A stretch of DNA of 64,000 nucleotides from Candidatus Omnitrophota bacterium (GTDB lineage: Bacteria > Omnitrophota > Gorgyraeia > Zapsychrales > JANLHA01): positions 6,726-70,725 of the forward strand of contig JBFMEN010000062.1 in the NCBI GenBank assembly GCA_040753435.1. Direction: 5' to 3'. The notes beneath the pieces are model-generated. The model searched no databases and was not told where the DNA came from. It was given only the letters and a program-made list of their open reading frames with translations. How positions within the stretch are numbered: the first letter of the stretch is position 1; each line of letters starts with the position of its first letter. Below are positions 36,017 through 45,482 of the stretch, piece after piece. Made by a program: the position numbers and the translations under genes.

Positions 36017-36883
36017 ATGCCAAATAAAGTAACCACCTACGGCCTCATTGGTTTTCCTCTTGGCCACAGTCTTTCCCCATGTATGCATAATACAGCGTTC
36101 CGTGCCCTGGATGTCCCTGCAGTCTATGAGTTATTTCCATTGAAGGAGCACGAGGTCGAGCCTTTTATCAAACACCTTCGTGACAAGGATTGCCATATAT
36201 TCGGAGTGAATGTTACAGTTCCTTATAAAGAGAAGGTAATGCCGTTACTGGATGCGTTATCCCCATTTGCCGAAAAGGCCGGAGCTGTCAATACGATCGT
36301 GGTTGATAAAAACAGAAGGCTTACCGGGCATAATACCGATGGCCCCGGGTTTATGTCCCATTTAGCGGAACTCGGTTTTGATATAAGCGGGAAACGGGTT
36401 TCATTAATTGGAGCGGGAGGCGCTGCGCGCGCCATTATTGCTGTCTTATGTCTGATGGATCAAAGGCCGGGAAGCGTTTTTGTTTATGATATCGATAGCG
36501 AGAAGGCTGATAATCTCGTGGCCGATCTTGGCTCCCGGATGGACACTTCAATTGTCCAGGTCGTTCGAAGTATCGATGACCTGAATATTGAAATTGCTGA
36601 CTTGCTCATTAATGCCACACCGGTCGGCCTGAAGTCTTCAGACCCGGTTCTTTTTGAGAAAGAACTGTTGCATCCGGATATGCTTGTGTATGATTTGATC
36701 TATAACCCCAGAGAGACAAAACTGCTGGCTATGGCCAGGGAGCGGGGCGCGAGGATCTCGAATGGTCTCGGAATGCTTTTTTATCAGGGTGTTCTTGCAT
36801 TCGAGCACTGGGCTGGTTATGAAGTTATGCCTGCGATCCGCGAACAGATGAGAATGAGTTTGGAGATTGGGGAAGTGATTTAA
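36017..36883 (+). CDS. aroE: Shikimate dehydrogenase
   Basis: GHSLSP.MH, GVNVTVPYK, GAVNT, GHNTDG.G, GAGGAA, NATPVG, DLIYNP, GLGML. Confidence 0.96.
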   Translation: MPNKVTTYGLIGFPLGHSLSPCMHNTAFRALDVPAVYELFPLKEHEVEPFIKHLRDKDCHIFGVNVTVPYKEKVMPLLDALSPFAEKAGAVNTIVVDKNRRLTGHNTDGPGFMSHLAELGFDISGKRVSLIGAGGAARAIIAVLCLMDQRPGSVFVYDIDSEKADNLVADLGSRMDTSIVQVVRSIDDLNIEIADLLINATPVGLKSSDPVLFEKELLHPDMLVYDLIYNPRETKLLAMARERGARISNGLGMLFYQGVLAFEHWAGYEVMPAIREQMRMSLEIGEVI

Positions 36884-36885
36884 AC

Positions 36886-36955
36886 AGCGAAGAGCATAGA
36901 GCGAAGAGTGAGTGTAGAGCCAAGCGTCCCATAGCTTTTCGTTGGTCGCTTTTTC
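36886..36955. repeat. Heptad-repeat inverted array (AGCGAAG family)
   Basis: AGCGAAG AGCATAG AGCGAAG left arm; CTTTTCG/GTCGCT right arm; related arms at 26017-26055 and 31373-31401. Confidence 0.55.
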
Positions 36956-36983
36956 TTAAAGTCATAAGCACAAAGGAGACAAG

Positions 36984-37991
36984 ATGCCCGAATTCTTTAT
37001 CGGTTTGTTCGTATTTTTCTTCGGAGCATGTATCGGAAGTTTTTTAAATGTCTGTATTGTTAGAATGCCAAAAGAGTTGTCTGTTGTTACTCCCCGTTCC
37101 CATTGCTTTTCCTGTCAGCAATTGATCCCCTGGTATGATAATATCCCCCTGGTTTCGTATTTCATTCTTAAAGGAAAATGCCGTAAATGCGGAGCACCCT
37201 TTTCATTTCGTTATTTATTGATCGAGTGGCTCACTGCCTTCACGTTTTTGGGTTTTTATCTGTATTTCGGGCTGACAACGCAGATGGCGGCGTATTTAGT
37301 GATGGTTTCGGCATTTATTGTCGCGACCTTTGTTGACTTTGAGTTGAGAATCATTCCCGATGAAATCAGCGTAGGAGGGATGTTCGCCGGTTTATTGCTG
37401 AGCGTCTTTTTCGTTGACCTTCATTCAGCGTTTTTCCATCAATTGGCTATGGGACGGATCATTATGTGGATTATCGTTGGAGTTTGTTTGGGAGTCCATC
37501 TTATCGAGTTTTTGGTATTGAAGCGGGACTTTGACAGGGAGGACCTGTTTTTGTTCAGCGTCATTATCGGGATGGTGGCTGCCGAAGCGCTGATTACTTT
37601 ACTGATGAGCGGTCCTTTAGCAGGTTCAGATTTCTGGCTGATCCGGCATTTAAAAAGTCTTGACGCGTCGTTGATCGGGCTGTTGCTCGGAGGAGGCGTG
37701 ATTTATGTCATGGGCCTTTTGGGCGATTTTATTTTTAGAAAAGAATCCATGGGCGGCGGCGATGTTAAACTGATGGCATTGATCGGGGCTTTCCTGGGAT
37801 GGAAACTTGCACTGGTGGCTTTTTTTGTGGCGCCGTTTTTCGGAGCGGTTTACGGGATCATCGAGAAGATCAGAACAAAAGACAGCGCTATTGCCTATGG
37901 TCCGTTTATCGTGATGGGCGCGTTGATCAGCCTGTTCTTTGGTGATGTCATCATTGCCTGGGTGCTGAGTCAGTATGGCCTTACCGTTTGA
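36984..37991 (+). CDS. pilD: Type IV prepilin peptidase (A24A)
   Basis: GSFLNVCI.RMP, RSHC..C...I.WYDNIP, GKCR.C, D...IIPD, MGGGDVKL, YGPF. Confidence 0.93.
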   Translation: MPEFFIGLFVFFFGACIGSFLNVCIVRMPKELSVVTPRSHCFSCQQLIPWYDNIPLVSYFILKGKCRKCGAPFSFRYLLIEWLTAFTFLGFYLYFGLTTQMAAYLVMVSAFIVATFVDFELRIIPDEISVGGMFAGLLLSVFFVDLHSAFFHQLAMGRIIMWIIVGVCLGVHLIEFLVLKRDFDREDLFLFSVIIGMVAAEALITLLMSGPLAGSDFWLIRHLKSLDASLIGLLLGGGVIYVMGLLGDFIFRKESMGGGDVKLMALIGAFLGWKLALVAFFVAPFFGAVYGIIEKIRTKDSAIAYGPFIVMGALISLFFGDVIIAWVLSQYGLTV

Positions 37992-37994
37992 GGC

Positions 37995-38176
37995 AGTAAC
38001 AAGTAACAAGTAACAAGTTACAACTGACAAGAAAATAAAAAGAAACAGAGATAATAAAAATAGTGATATTTGATGGAGCTGGTAGTAAGTAGAAAGTTTA
38101 AAGAACAAGATCCGCAAATTCATAAGCTTTTATTTGTTTTTTCATTCTTGTTGCTTGTAACATGCAACTTGTCACT
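37995..38176. repeat. Heptad (xxACAAG) inverted array, gene-less relative of the 35545-36002 cassette
   Basis: AGTAACA x3 + AGTTACA left arm; CTTGTTG CTTGTAA CATGCAA CTTGTCA right arm. Confidence 0.75.
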
Positions 38177-38184
38177 TTAATAAT

Positions 38185-38213
38185 TTGACAATCACAATGT
38201 TCAATAGTAAAAT
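38185..38213 (+). promoter_or_regulatory. Sigma70 promoter for aroK (probably leaderless transcript)
   Basis: TTGACA-17 nt-TAAAAT, 7 nt before ATG 38221. Confidence 0.7.
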
Positions 38214-38220
38214 CCGCGCG

Positions 38221-38760
38221 ATGATTGATAAGAGAAATATTGTTCTGGTCGGATTTATGGGAGCGGGCAAGACAACGATTGCCCGGATGCTTGCTGATCG
38301 CCTCAAAAGAAGGTTAGTCTCGACGGATGACGCGATCGTTCAGAGAGAAGGCCGCTCGATCAATGAGATCTTCTCGCATGACGGCGAAAAATATTTCCGG
38401 GAGCTTGAGGCGTGTGTGGTCGCGGATCTTTCCGCCAAAACGAATTTGGTTGTTGATTGCGGCGGCGGTGTTGTTCTTCGAAAATCGAATCTTGATGTTC
38501 TGAAACAAAACGGGGTTGTGGTACATCTGAAAACCAGTCCTGAAACTGTTTATTCCCGCATTAAAAATGAGACGCATCGTCCCTTGCTTAACGTTCCCGA
38601 TCCTTTATGCGCGATAAAAAATTTAATGGAACAACGCGCGATGTTTTATGCCCAGGCAGACTGGCAGGTTTTGACGGATGGACGAAAGGCAGACGATATT
38701 GTGAATGAGATCATTGATATTTTTAAAAGGTCACATGACACAAAGTCACGAGTCGCATGA
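38221..38760 (+). CDS. aroK: Shikimate kinase
   Basis: GFMGAGKTT, GE.YFR.LE, CGGG.V, RPLL. Confidence 0.95.
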   Translation: MIDKRNIVLVGFMGAGKTTIARMLADRLKRRLVSTDDAIVQREGRSINEIFSHDGEKYFRELEACVVADLSAKTNLVVDCGGGVVLRKSNLDVLKQNGVVVHLKTSPETVYSRIKNETHRPLLNVPDPLCAIKNLMEQRAMFYAQADWQVLTDGRKADDIVNEIIDIFKRSHDTKSRVA

Positions 38761-38785
38761 AGTGACATGGTGAGTTTGTGACCTT
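38727..38785. repeat. 8-nt repeat inverted array overlapping the aroK 3' end
   Basis: AAGGTCACA / TGTGACCTT outer pair, internal GTCAC/GTGAC units. Confidence 0.7.
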
Positions 38786-38835
38786 TCGGCAGCTTGTTGC
38801 TGCCAATATTCTCCGTGGCTGGAGAAAGGAAGTCC

Positions 38836-39936
38836 ATGACGGAGAATGAGGCGTTGTTGGGTTTGAACGCGGTCCCGGGCCTGGGCAGTGTTCGGATCCG
38901 CCGCTTGGTTGAGAAGTTCGGTTCTGCCCAGGCAGTTTGGAAACAGCGAAGCGCTGAGACGCTTTGCCGCACGGAAGGTTTCGGACGGGATCTTGCCGAT
39001 CATGTTTTAAACTTTGACATGCGGATGTTTCTGGAAAATGAGAGTGCCCTGATTGAAAAATTCAGGATTTCCATCGTTACGCTCTTTGATGATTTTTATC
39101 CTCCTTTTCTAAAAGAGATCAGTTGCCCTCCGATGGTTCTTTATGTAATGGGACGGAAAGAGTTTTTGCCGGAACCCGGAATCGCGATCGTTGGTTCCCG
39201 CAGGGCTTCTTACTACGGGATATCCGTTGCCCGCATGCTCGCCGGTGATTTGGCCCGCGCCGGGGTTACGGTCATTTCGGGAATGGCCCGAGGCGTCGAT
39301 ACAGCCGCCCACGCAGCCAGTCTGGAGGCGGGAGGTAAAACGATTGCCGTTTTGGGAAGCGGACTGGCCTGTTTGTATCCAAAGGAGAATGAGAAACTTG
39401 CCAGGATGATTTCCGGAAATGGTTGCGTGATTTCAGAGTTTCCTATGAGTGCGGGGCCGTCGGCCCGGCATTTTCCAAGGAGAAACCGGGTCATCAGCGG
39501 GTTATCACGAGGGGTAGTTGTCGTTGAGGCCGCTTCGCGAAGCGGTGCGTTGATTACCGCAGAATGTGCGCTTGAGCAAGGCCGGGAGGTTTACGCGGTA
39601 CCCGGAAAAGTAGGGCATCCCCAGGCCTTTGGAGTGAACGCGTTGATCCAGCAGGGGGCGAAACTGGTGATGAGCGCCCATGATATTTTCGAGGATCTGC
39701 AAATGACCGGCGCTGCGGTTGATGACGGCGTTGAGTGCAAAGATGACTGGTTGTCGGGTCTCTCCAGGGGAGAGCGCGATGTTTTAGCTTTATTATCCGA
39801 TGAGCCGTTGCATATTGACGAAGTAATCGAGAAGACCTCCTTGAACCAGCAGGGTGTGTTGAGCATGTTGTCGCAATGGGAATGTCTTGGCAGGGTAAAG
39901 CGTTTGCCCGGGCAGTATTTTGTGAAATTGAAATAA
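38836..39936 (+). CDS. dprA: DNA-processing protein DprA
   Basis: IAIVGSR, SGMARGVD, F..RNR.ISGL, VVEA..RSGALITA, C-terminal wHTH. Confidence 0.95.
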   Translation: MTENEALLGLNAVPGLGSVRIRRLVEKFGSAQAVWKQRSAETLCRTEGFGRDLADHVLNFDMRMFLENESALIEKFRISIVTLFDDFYPPFLKEISCPPMVLYVMGRKEFLPEPGIAIVGSRRASYYGISVARMLAGDLARAGVTVISGMARGVDTAAHAASLEAGGKTIAVLGSGLACLYPKENEKLARMISGNGCVISEFPMSAGPSARHFPRRNRVISGLSRGVVVVEAASRSGALITAECALEQGREVYAVPGKVGHPQAFGVNALIQQGAKLVMSAHDIFEDLQMTGAAVDDGVECKDDWLSGLSRGERDVLALLSDEPLHIDEVIEKTSLNQQGVLSMLSQWECLGRVKRLPGQYFVKLK

Positions 39937-39963
39937 TGATCTGTAACTATTGGGATTTCAGTT

Positions 39964-41964
39964 ATGATAAAAAAATTGGTTATTGTCGAGTCTCCGACGA
40001 AAATAAAGACAATCAGTAAAATTCTGGGAAACAAGTTTAAAGTTACATCATCCATGGGTCATTTGATCGATCTCCCGAAATCCACCCTGGGAGTAGATAT
40101 CGAGCATGACTTCGAACCAAAGCTAATCGTTGTCCGATCAAAACAAAAAATTCTTTCTCAATTAAAGAAAGATTCCGAAAGCAAAGATGAGATTTATTTC
40201 GCGACTGACCCTGACCGCGAGGGCGAGGCCATCGGTTGGAATCTCGCGCAAAGTATCGGCGACGGGAAAAAAATTTACAGGGTGACGTTCCAGGAGATCA
40301 CCAGGGATGCGGTTCTAAAGGCTTTCCAGCATCCGCGCGATTTTAATCAAAACCTGATCAGCGCCCAGACTGCACGGCGGGTGCTTGACCGTATAGTGGG
40401 GTACAAAATCAGTCCGTTGCTGTGGAGCAAGGTGGGTTCGCGGTTGAGCGCCGGCCGCGTTCAATCTGTTGCCCTGCGGCTCATTGTCGAGAGGGAAAAG
40501 GAAATAGGCTCCTTTATTCCTAAAGAATACTGGAAGATCAGCGTCGATCTCCGGAAGGCCGGTCTGAGCGATGTCCTGACCGCTGAGCTGGAAAAACTTA
40601 ATGGCGAAAAATTCGAGTTGCTTTCTGAAGCCGAAGCCAGTCAGGTTGTTGAAAGGCTGCGCGGGCAGGAATTCCGCATCACGAATGTTTCCGACAGCAA
40701 GCGCCAGCGCAATCCTTTACCCCCGTTTATTACCAGCACGCTTCAGCAAGAGGCTTTTAACAAGTCTGGTTTCAATGCCGACCGGACGATGCGTACCGCC
40801 CAGGAATTGTATGAAGGGATTGAAATCGGAGGCGGGGAATCAGTAGGTTTGATCACTTATATGAGAACGGATTCGGTCAATATTGCCCAAGAGGCGATGG
40901 GAAAGGTCCGCGACTTTATCAAAGAACGATACGGGGACGCCTATCTTCCGGAAACGGCGAACAAATACAAGTCGAAGAAAAGCGCGCAGGAAGCCCACGA
41001 GGCGATTCGTCCGACGGATATCACGCGAACACCTTCCGATCTCAAGGCCTACCTCGATCAGGATCAATACAAACTTTATGAATTGATCTGGAACCGTTTT
41101 GTCAGTTGCCAGATGACTCCGGCTGTTTTTAAAAACCGGAAGATCGAAATCATGGCCGGGGAGGCTCAATTCGGCGTTTCTGGTTCCAATATTGTTTTCG
41201 ACGGATTTCTGAAACTTTACAGGGATCAGGAAGAAGAGGAATCCACGTTAGATTTTTCCAATTACGCTAAAAACGACATTCTTGATCTTCTTGAGGTAAA
41301 ACCTTCACAGCATTTCACCAAACCGCCGGCACGTTTTTCTGATGCCAGTCTTGTTAAAGCCCTCGAGGAGCAGGGAATCGGAAGGCCAAGCACGTATGCG
41401 TCGATCATTCAGACTTTAGTCAGCCGCAATTATATCCTCCGCCAGCGCGGTTATTTTACCGCGACGGAATTGGGAATTAAGGTCTCCGACCTCCTTGTTA
41501 AATTTTTCCCGCGGATCATGGATATAGGTTTTACCGCCGGGATGGAAGAGGAGCTGGATCAGGTGGAGGAAGGGACTGTGGAGTATGTGCATCTGCTGCA
41601 GAGTTTCTACGCGCCTTTCAAGAAAGAACTGGAGTTCGCCGGAAGCAACATGACACGCACGGTGAATTATGTTGAAGAAACATGCCCGGAATGCGGACGA
41701 CAGATGGTCGTCAAATGGGGGAGGCGGGGAAAGTTTTTAAGCTGTTCCGGATTCCCCAAATGCAAGTTTGCGAAACCGATCACGACCGGGGTGAAATGCC
41801 CCCAGGAAGGATGTGACGGCGAACTGGTTCAGAGGCAATCCCGCGGCCGGCATTTTTACGGATGCAGCCGTTATCCAAAGTGTAATTACACTACGAATAC
41901 CTTGCCCAGGAAAGAAGAGGAAGGGGCGAAAGACGAAAATAGCAAGACGGATGGTTCAAACTGA
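39964..41964 (+). CDS. topA: DNA topoisomerase I
   Basis: IVESP.K.KTI, ATDPDREGE, SAGRVQS, ITYMRTD, AHEAIRPT, GIGRPSTYA, C-terminal zinc ribbons. Confidence 0.97.
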   Translation: MIKKLVIVESPTKIKTISKILGNKFKVTSSMGHLIDLPKSTLGVDIEHDFEPKLIVVRSKQKILSQLKKDSESKDEIYFATDPDREGEAIGWNLAQSIGDGKKIYRVTFQEITRDAVLKAFQHPRDFNQNLISAQTARRVLDRIVGYKISPLLWSKVGSRLSAGRVQSVALRLIVEREKEIGSFIPKEYWKISVDLRKAGLSDVLTAELEKLNGEKFELLSEAEASQVVERLRGQEFRITNVSDSKRQRNPLPPFITSTLQQEAFNKSGFNADRTMRTAQELYEGIEIGGGESVGLITYMRTDSVNIAQEAMGKVRDFIKERYGDAYLPETANKYKSKKSAQEAHEAIRPTDITRTPSDLKAYLDQDQYKLYELIWNRFVSCQMTPAVFKNRKIEIMAGEAQFGVSGSNIVFDGFLKLYRDQEEEESTLDFSNYAKNDILDLLEVKPSQHFTKPPARFSDASLVKALEEQGIGRPSTYASIIQTLVSRNYILRQRGYFTATELGIKVSDLLVKFFPRIMDIGFTAGMEEELDQVEEGTVEYVHLLQSFYAPFKKELEFAGSNMTRTVNYVEETCPECGRQMVVKWGRRGKFLSCSGFPKCKFAKPITTGVKCPQEGCDGELVQRQSRGRHFYGCSRYPKCNYTTNTLPRKEEEGAKDENSKTDGSN

Positions 41965-41983
41965 ACGCCTTTTTTGATATAAT
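41955..41983 (+). promoter_or_regulatory. Extended -10 promoter for xerC (probably leaderless)
   Basis: TTCAAA-17 nt-TATAAT with TGn; ATG 6 nt downstream, no SD. Confidence 0.55.
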
Positions 41984-41989
41984 TCAGTT

Positions 41990-42853
41990 ATGAACCGCTA
42001 CATTGACAAATTCCTGTCTTATCTTGAGATTGAGAAAAACTATTCACGTCATACTGTTGTCAATTATGCAGTCGATTTGAATGAGTTTTTAAAATTCATC
42101 GGTGATTCCACATCAGTCCAGGCTGTTTCTTATTTGCATTTCAGGCGGTTTCTGGCGCATTTGCGGCTGATGAATTACAAGTCCAGAACGCTGGCCAGAA
42201 AACTTTCCTCCATGCGGAGTTTTTTTAAATTCCTTCATCGCGAAGGTTTGATCAAGGATAACCCTTCGTTATTATTATCGACCCCTAAAATCGACAAGAC
42301 CCTTCCTAAATTTCTCTCTGAACAGGATACGGTTAAACTCTTGGAAGCGCCTTCTGGTCGTTCCGAAACGGCCCTGAGGGACCGGGCCATGTTTGAAACG
42401 CTTTACAGCTCCGGGATCCGTGTCTCCGAACTCGTGGGGATGAATGTTGACAGTGTGGATACGATCGGCAATATGGTGAAAGTTGAGGGAAAAGGCAAGA
42501 AAGAACGCCTGGTCCCAATCGGAGACGTGGCGGTTTCAGCCATCCGTGATTATTTGGCGTCCAGACAGAATACAGCCCGCGCGCTTTTTTTAAACACAAA
42601 TGGAAATCGGTTGACGGACCGCAGCGTCCGCAATATCATTAACAAGTATATTTTAAAAACAAGCGTCCTGATGCGCGTGTCTCCGCATACGTTAAGACAT
42701 TCTTTTGCGACCCATATGCTTGATCATGGCGCTGACCTGCGTTGTGTCCAGGAACTTTTGGGGCATAGCCACTTATCGACGACCCAGATTTACACTCATG
42801 TGACCACCGACAAGATGAAAAAGGTCTATGATCAGGCGCATCCGCGGGCGTGA
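41990..42853 (+). CDS. xerC: Tyrosine recombinase XerC
   Basis: LYSSGIRVSEL, GKG.KER, SPHTLRHSFATH, QELLGH..LSTTQIYTH, AHPRA; dprA-topA-xerC synteny. Confidence 0.9.
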   Translation: MNRYIDKFLSYLEIEKNYSRHTVVNYAVDLNEFLKFIGDSTSVQAVSYLHFRRFLAHLRLMNYKSRTLARKLSSMRSFFKFLHREGLIKDNPSLLLSTPKIDKTLPKFLSEQDTVKLLEAPSGRSETALRDRAMFETLYSSGIRVSELVGMNVDSVDTIGNMVKVEGKGKKERLVPIGDVAVSAIRDYLASRQNTARALFLNTNGNRLTDRSVRNIINKYILKTSVLMRVSPHTLRHSFATHMLDHGADLRCVQELLGHSHLSTTQIYTHVTTDKMKKVYDQAHPRA

Positions 42854-42957
42854 TTGAAGGAAAGGAAAAAGCGGGAAGCGAAAAGGAAAGGGGTAGTAAT
42901 TACTGGAACAAATGAGTCTGGGCCTTTCGCCTGTCGATTTTCGTTTGATGAATTAAT

Positions 42958-44250
42958 ATGTTTATCCTTTATGATATTTTCTTTATCGTGTTTGCTCTCG
43001 CTTATTTCCCGTATGTTCTGCTAAAAAGGAAATGGCATCCGGGATTCGTGATGCGTTTCGGGATCTTTCCTGAAGATATCAAGCAAAAACTTTTATCTGA
43101 AAAAAACATCTGGGTTCATGCCGTCAGTGTAGGTGAAGTTATGGCGGTTAAACATTTTGTCCGGCGGCTGAAGGAACTCCATCCTGATGCGCAGATCGTG
43201 ATCTCAACAGTGACGGTCACTGGAAATCAACTTGCCAGAGAACATTTCTCCGAAGCTGTTACTATTTTTGCTCCGCTTGATTTTTCATTGTTTGTCCGGT
43301 CACACCTCCGGTTGATCCGTCCGGAAATTTACATTGCGGCCGAAACAGAGATATGGCCTAACATTTTTTACGCGATGTCCCGGAAAGGGATCCCGGTCAT
43401 TCAAATCAATGGCCGCATTTCCGATAAAAGTTATCGGCGTTATCGGAGATTGCGGGGGGTTTTAAAAACAGTTCTGTCCCATGTCACGCGTTTTGCAATG
43501 CAAACTCCGGTTGATGCCCAGCGGATTATCAGTATCGGCGCCGACCCAAAAAAAGTTACCGTGACCGGTAATATGAAATTTGATGATATTCTTTCCGGTC
43601 AGCCTGCGCCGGAACGGATCTTCGCAAGGGAAGGGGCCAGGGTTATCGTTGCCGGCAGCACTTATCCCGGGGAAGAGGATATCCTGGTTAAAATTTTCCT
43701 CAAACTGAAGCAAAAATACCAGGATATCGCAATGATCCTCGCCCCAAGGCATATTGAACGCGCCGCTGATATCGAAGGCTTTCTTGTTAGAAATGACTGC
43801 CATTTCTCCCGGCTTTCCGGAATTATTAATAAAGGAAAATATGCCGAGGATATTCTTCTGGTCGATACTATTGGTCATTTGCGGGGTCTTTATGCCCAGG
43901 CGACGATCGTCTTTGTGGGAAAAAGTTTAACGGGGCGGGGAGGCCAGAATATTTTGGAACCTGCCTCGTTTGCGAAACCGATCATCGTCGGTCCCTATAT
44001 GGATAACTTTCGTGCCATCACCGACCTCTTTTCGAGAGCCGGCGCTTTGATCACCGTTTATAATGAAGAAGAACTTCGGGAAGCAATCAGCGCCTTGCTG
44101 GATGATCCTGATGAGGCTTCACGGTTGGGAAGGAGCGGTTATCAAGTCATCAAGGGCCAGCAAGGATCAGTCGAGAAGACGCTTCAGGAAGTGGAAAAGC
44201 TCCTGGCGGCCTCCAGGAAACAATGCTCCTGTAAATTCTCCAAGCCATAA
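42958..44250 (+). CDS. waaA: Kdo transferase
   Basis: WVHAVSVGE, ETEIWPN, NGRIS, GNMKFD, APRHIER, GGQNILEP. Confidence 0.95.
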   Translation: MFILYDIFFIVFALAYFPYVLLKRKWHPGFVMRFGIFPEDIKQKLLSEKNIWVHAVSVGEVMAVKHFVRRLKELHPDAQIVISTVTVTGNQLAREHFSEAVTIFAPLDFSLFVRSHLRLIRPEIYIAAETEIWPNIFYAMSRKGIPVIQINGRISDKSYRRYRRLRGVLKTVLSHVTRFAMQTPVDAQRIISIGADPKKVTVTGNMKFDDILSGQPAPERIFAREGARVIVAGSTYPGEEDILVKIFLKLKQKYQDIAMILAPRHIERAADIEGFLVRNDCHFSRLSGIINKGKYAEDILLVDTIGHLRGLYAQATIVFVGKSLTGRGGQNILEPASFAKPIIVGPYMDNFRAITDLFSRAGALITVYNEEELREAISALLDDPDEASRLGRSGYQVIKGQQGSVEKTLQEVEKLLAASRKQCSCKFSKP

Positions 44251-44390
44251 TTCTTTGGATTGCTCCCAAGTGACAGCCCAAAACGGTATTCTTTATATTA
44301 GTATCTATACTAGATTTCTTTAATATTTCCTGTAAAATAGCTAATGCTTTTATTTCCTCCAGCATTTCAACAATACTGACGTTTAAATTT

Positions 44391-45482
44391 ATGTTAACGA
44401 AAGAACATGGCCGTTTGTATTATTTGAAGCTTGTCCATGACCAGAAGTGTGGATGGGCAGCTGTTTTGCCTCGCAGCATCCTGAGATTTTGTTCATGGAT
44501 TTATGGCCTTATTGTCAGGGGAATGCGTTGGGCCTATCAGCGGCGGTTATTAAAATCCTATCAGTTAGGGCGTCCCGTGATTTCGGTCGGCAATGTCACC
44601 TGGGGAGGAGTCGGAAAGACTCCTTTGGTTGAATTGATCGTTGAAATGTTATGGAACTCCGGAAAAAAACCGGTTGTCCTGATTCGTGGATACATGCCCG
44701 GAAAAAAAGAATTGAGGGAAGCGATCAGTGATGAAGCCCAGGTATTAAACCAGGCATTTAACGGACGGGTGCCGGTGATCGTGAACCGGGACAGGGTCCA
44801 GGGCGCTTTGAATGTCCCTGCGAATTATGCCCACGATATTTTTGTTCTTGACGATGGTTTTCAGCAGTGGCGGATCAGGAGGGATTTGAATATCGTGGCC
44901 ATTGACAGCCTGAACCCTTTCGGGAATTACAGCCTTATTCCAAGAGGAATTCTCCGGGAACCGCTGACGGCATTGAAGTACGCTGATTTGATCGTTCTGA
45001 TGAAAGCTGATTTGGGTTCCGGACATCTTTACCGGGTAAAGCAGGAGTTGAAACGTTTTTGTCCCCGGGCCGGTATCGTTGAAGCCGTTCATGAGGCAGA
45101 GAATTTTTTTGATCTGCGGAGCAGAAAACAACGCGGTTTGGCGGAATTATCGGGAGAGAAGGTGATGCTGGTCTCAGGCATTGGCACCCCCCAGGCCTTT
45201 GAGCATACCGCGAAAGAAACGGGTTTGAACGTCCAGGAGCATTTTATTTATCCCGATCATCATTGTTACCGGCAAGAGGATGTCCGGAAGATTGCCGGGC
45301 AGATGACGGAATTGGGGATATCCGTACTGGTGATGACGGCGAAAGATGCGGTAAAGCTTGACGATGAACTTTTGAAACTCTTTCCTGCGGAAGCGTTGCT
45401 TTTTGTTTTAAAAGTTAAAGTTCGTATTATCGAGGGAGAAAAGATTTTTTCTGATGCAATTCATCATCTCTATAATCATTAA
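44391..45482 (+). CDS. lpxK: Tetraacyldisaccharide 4'-kinase
   Basis: ISVGNVTWGG.GKTP, RGY, SDE, LDDGFQ, P.G.LREP, PDHH.Y, T.KDAVK. Confidence 0.95.
   Translation: MLTKEHGRLYYLKLVHDQKCGWAAVLPRSILRFCSWIYGLIVRGMRWAYQRRLLKSYQLGRPVISVGNVTWGGVGKTPLVELIVEMLWNSGKKPVVLIRGYMPGKKELREAISDEAQVLNQAFNGRVPVIVNRDRVQGALNVPANYAHDIFVLDDGFQQWRIRRDLNIVAIDSLNPFGNYSLIPRGILREPLTALKYADLIVLMKADLGSGHLYRVKQELKRFCPRAGIVEAVHEAENFFDLRSRKQRGLAELSGEKVMLVSGIGTPQAFEHTAKETGLNVQEHFIYPDHHCYRQEDVRKIAGQMTELGISVLVMTAKDAVKLDDELLKLFPAEALLFVLKVKVRIIEGEKIFSDAIHHLYNH

Noticed and set aside
41990-42853. Integrase of a prophage or genomic island
   Set aside because: Housekeeping dprA-topA-xerC context, AHPRA C-terminus, no att duplication or phage genes
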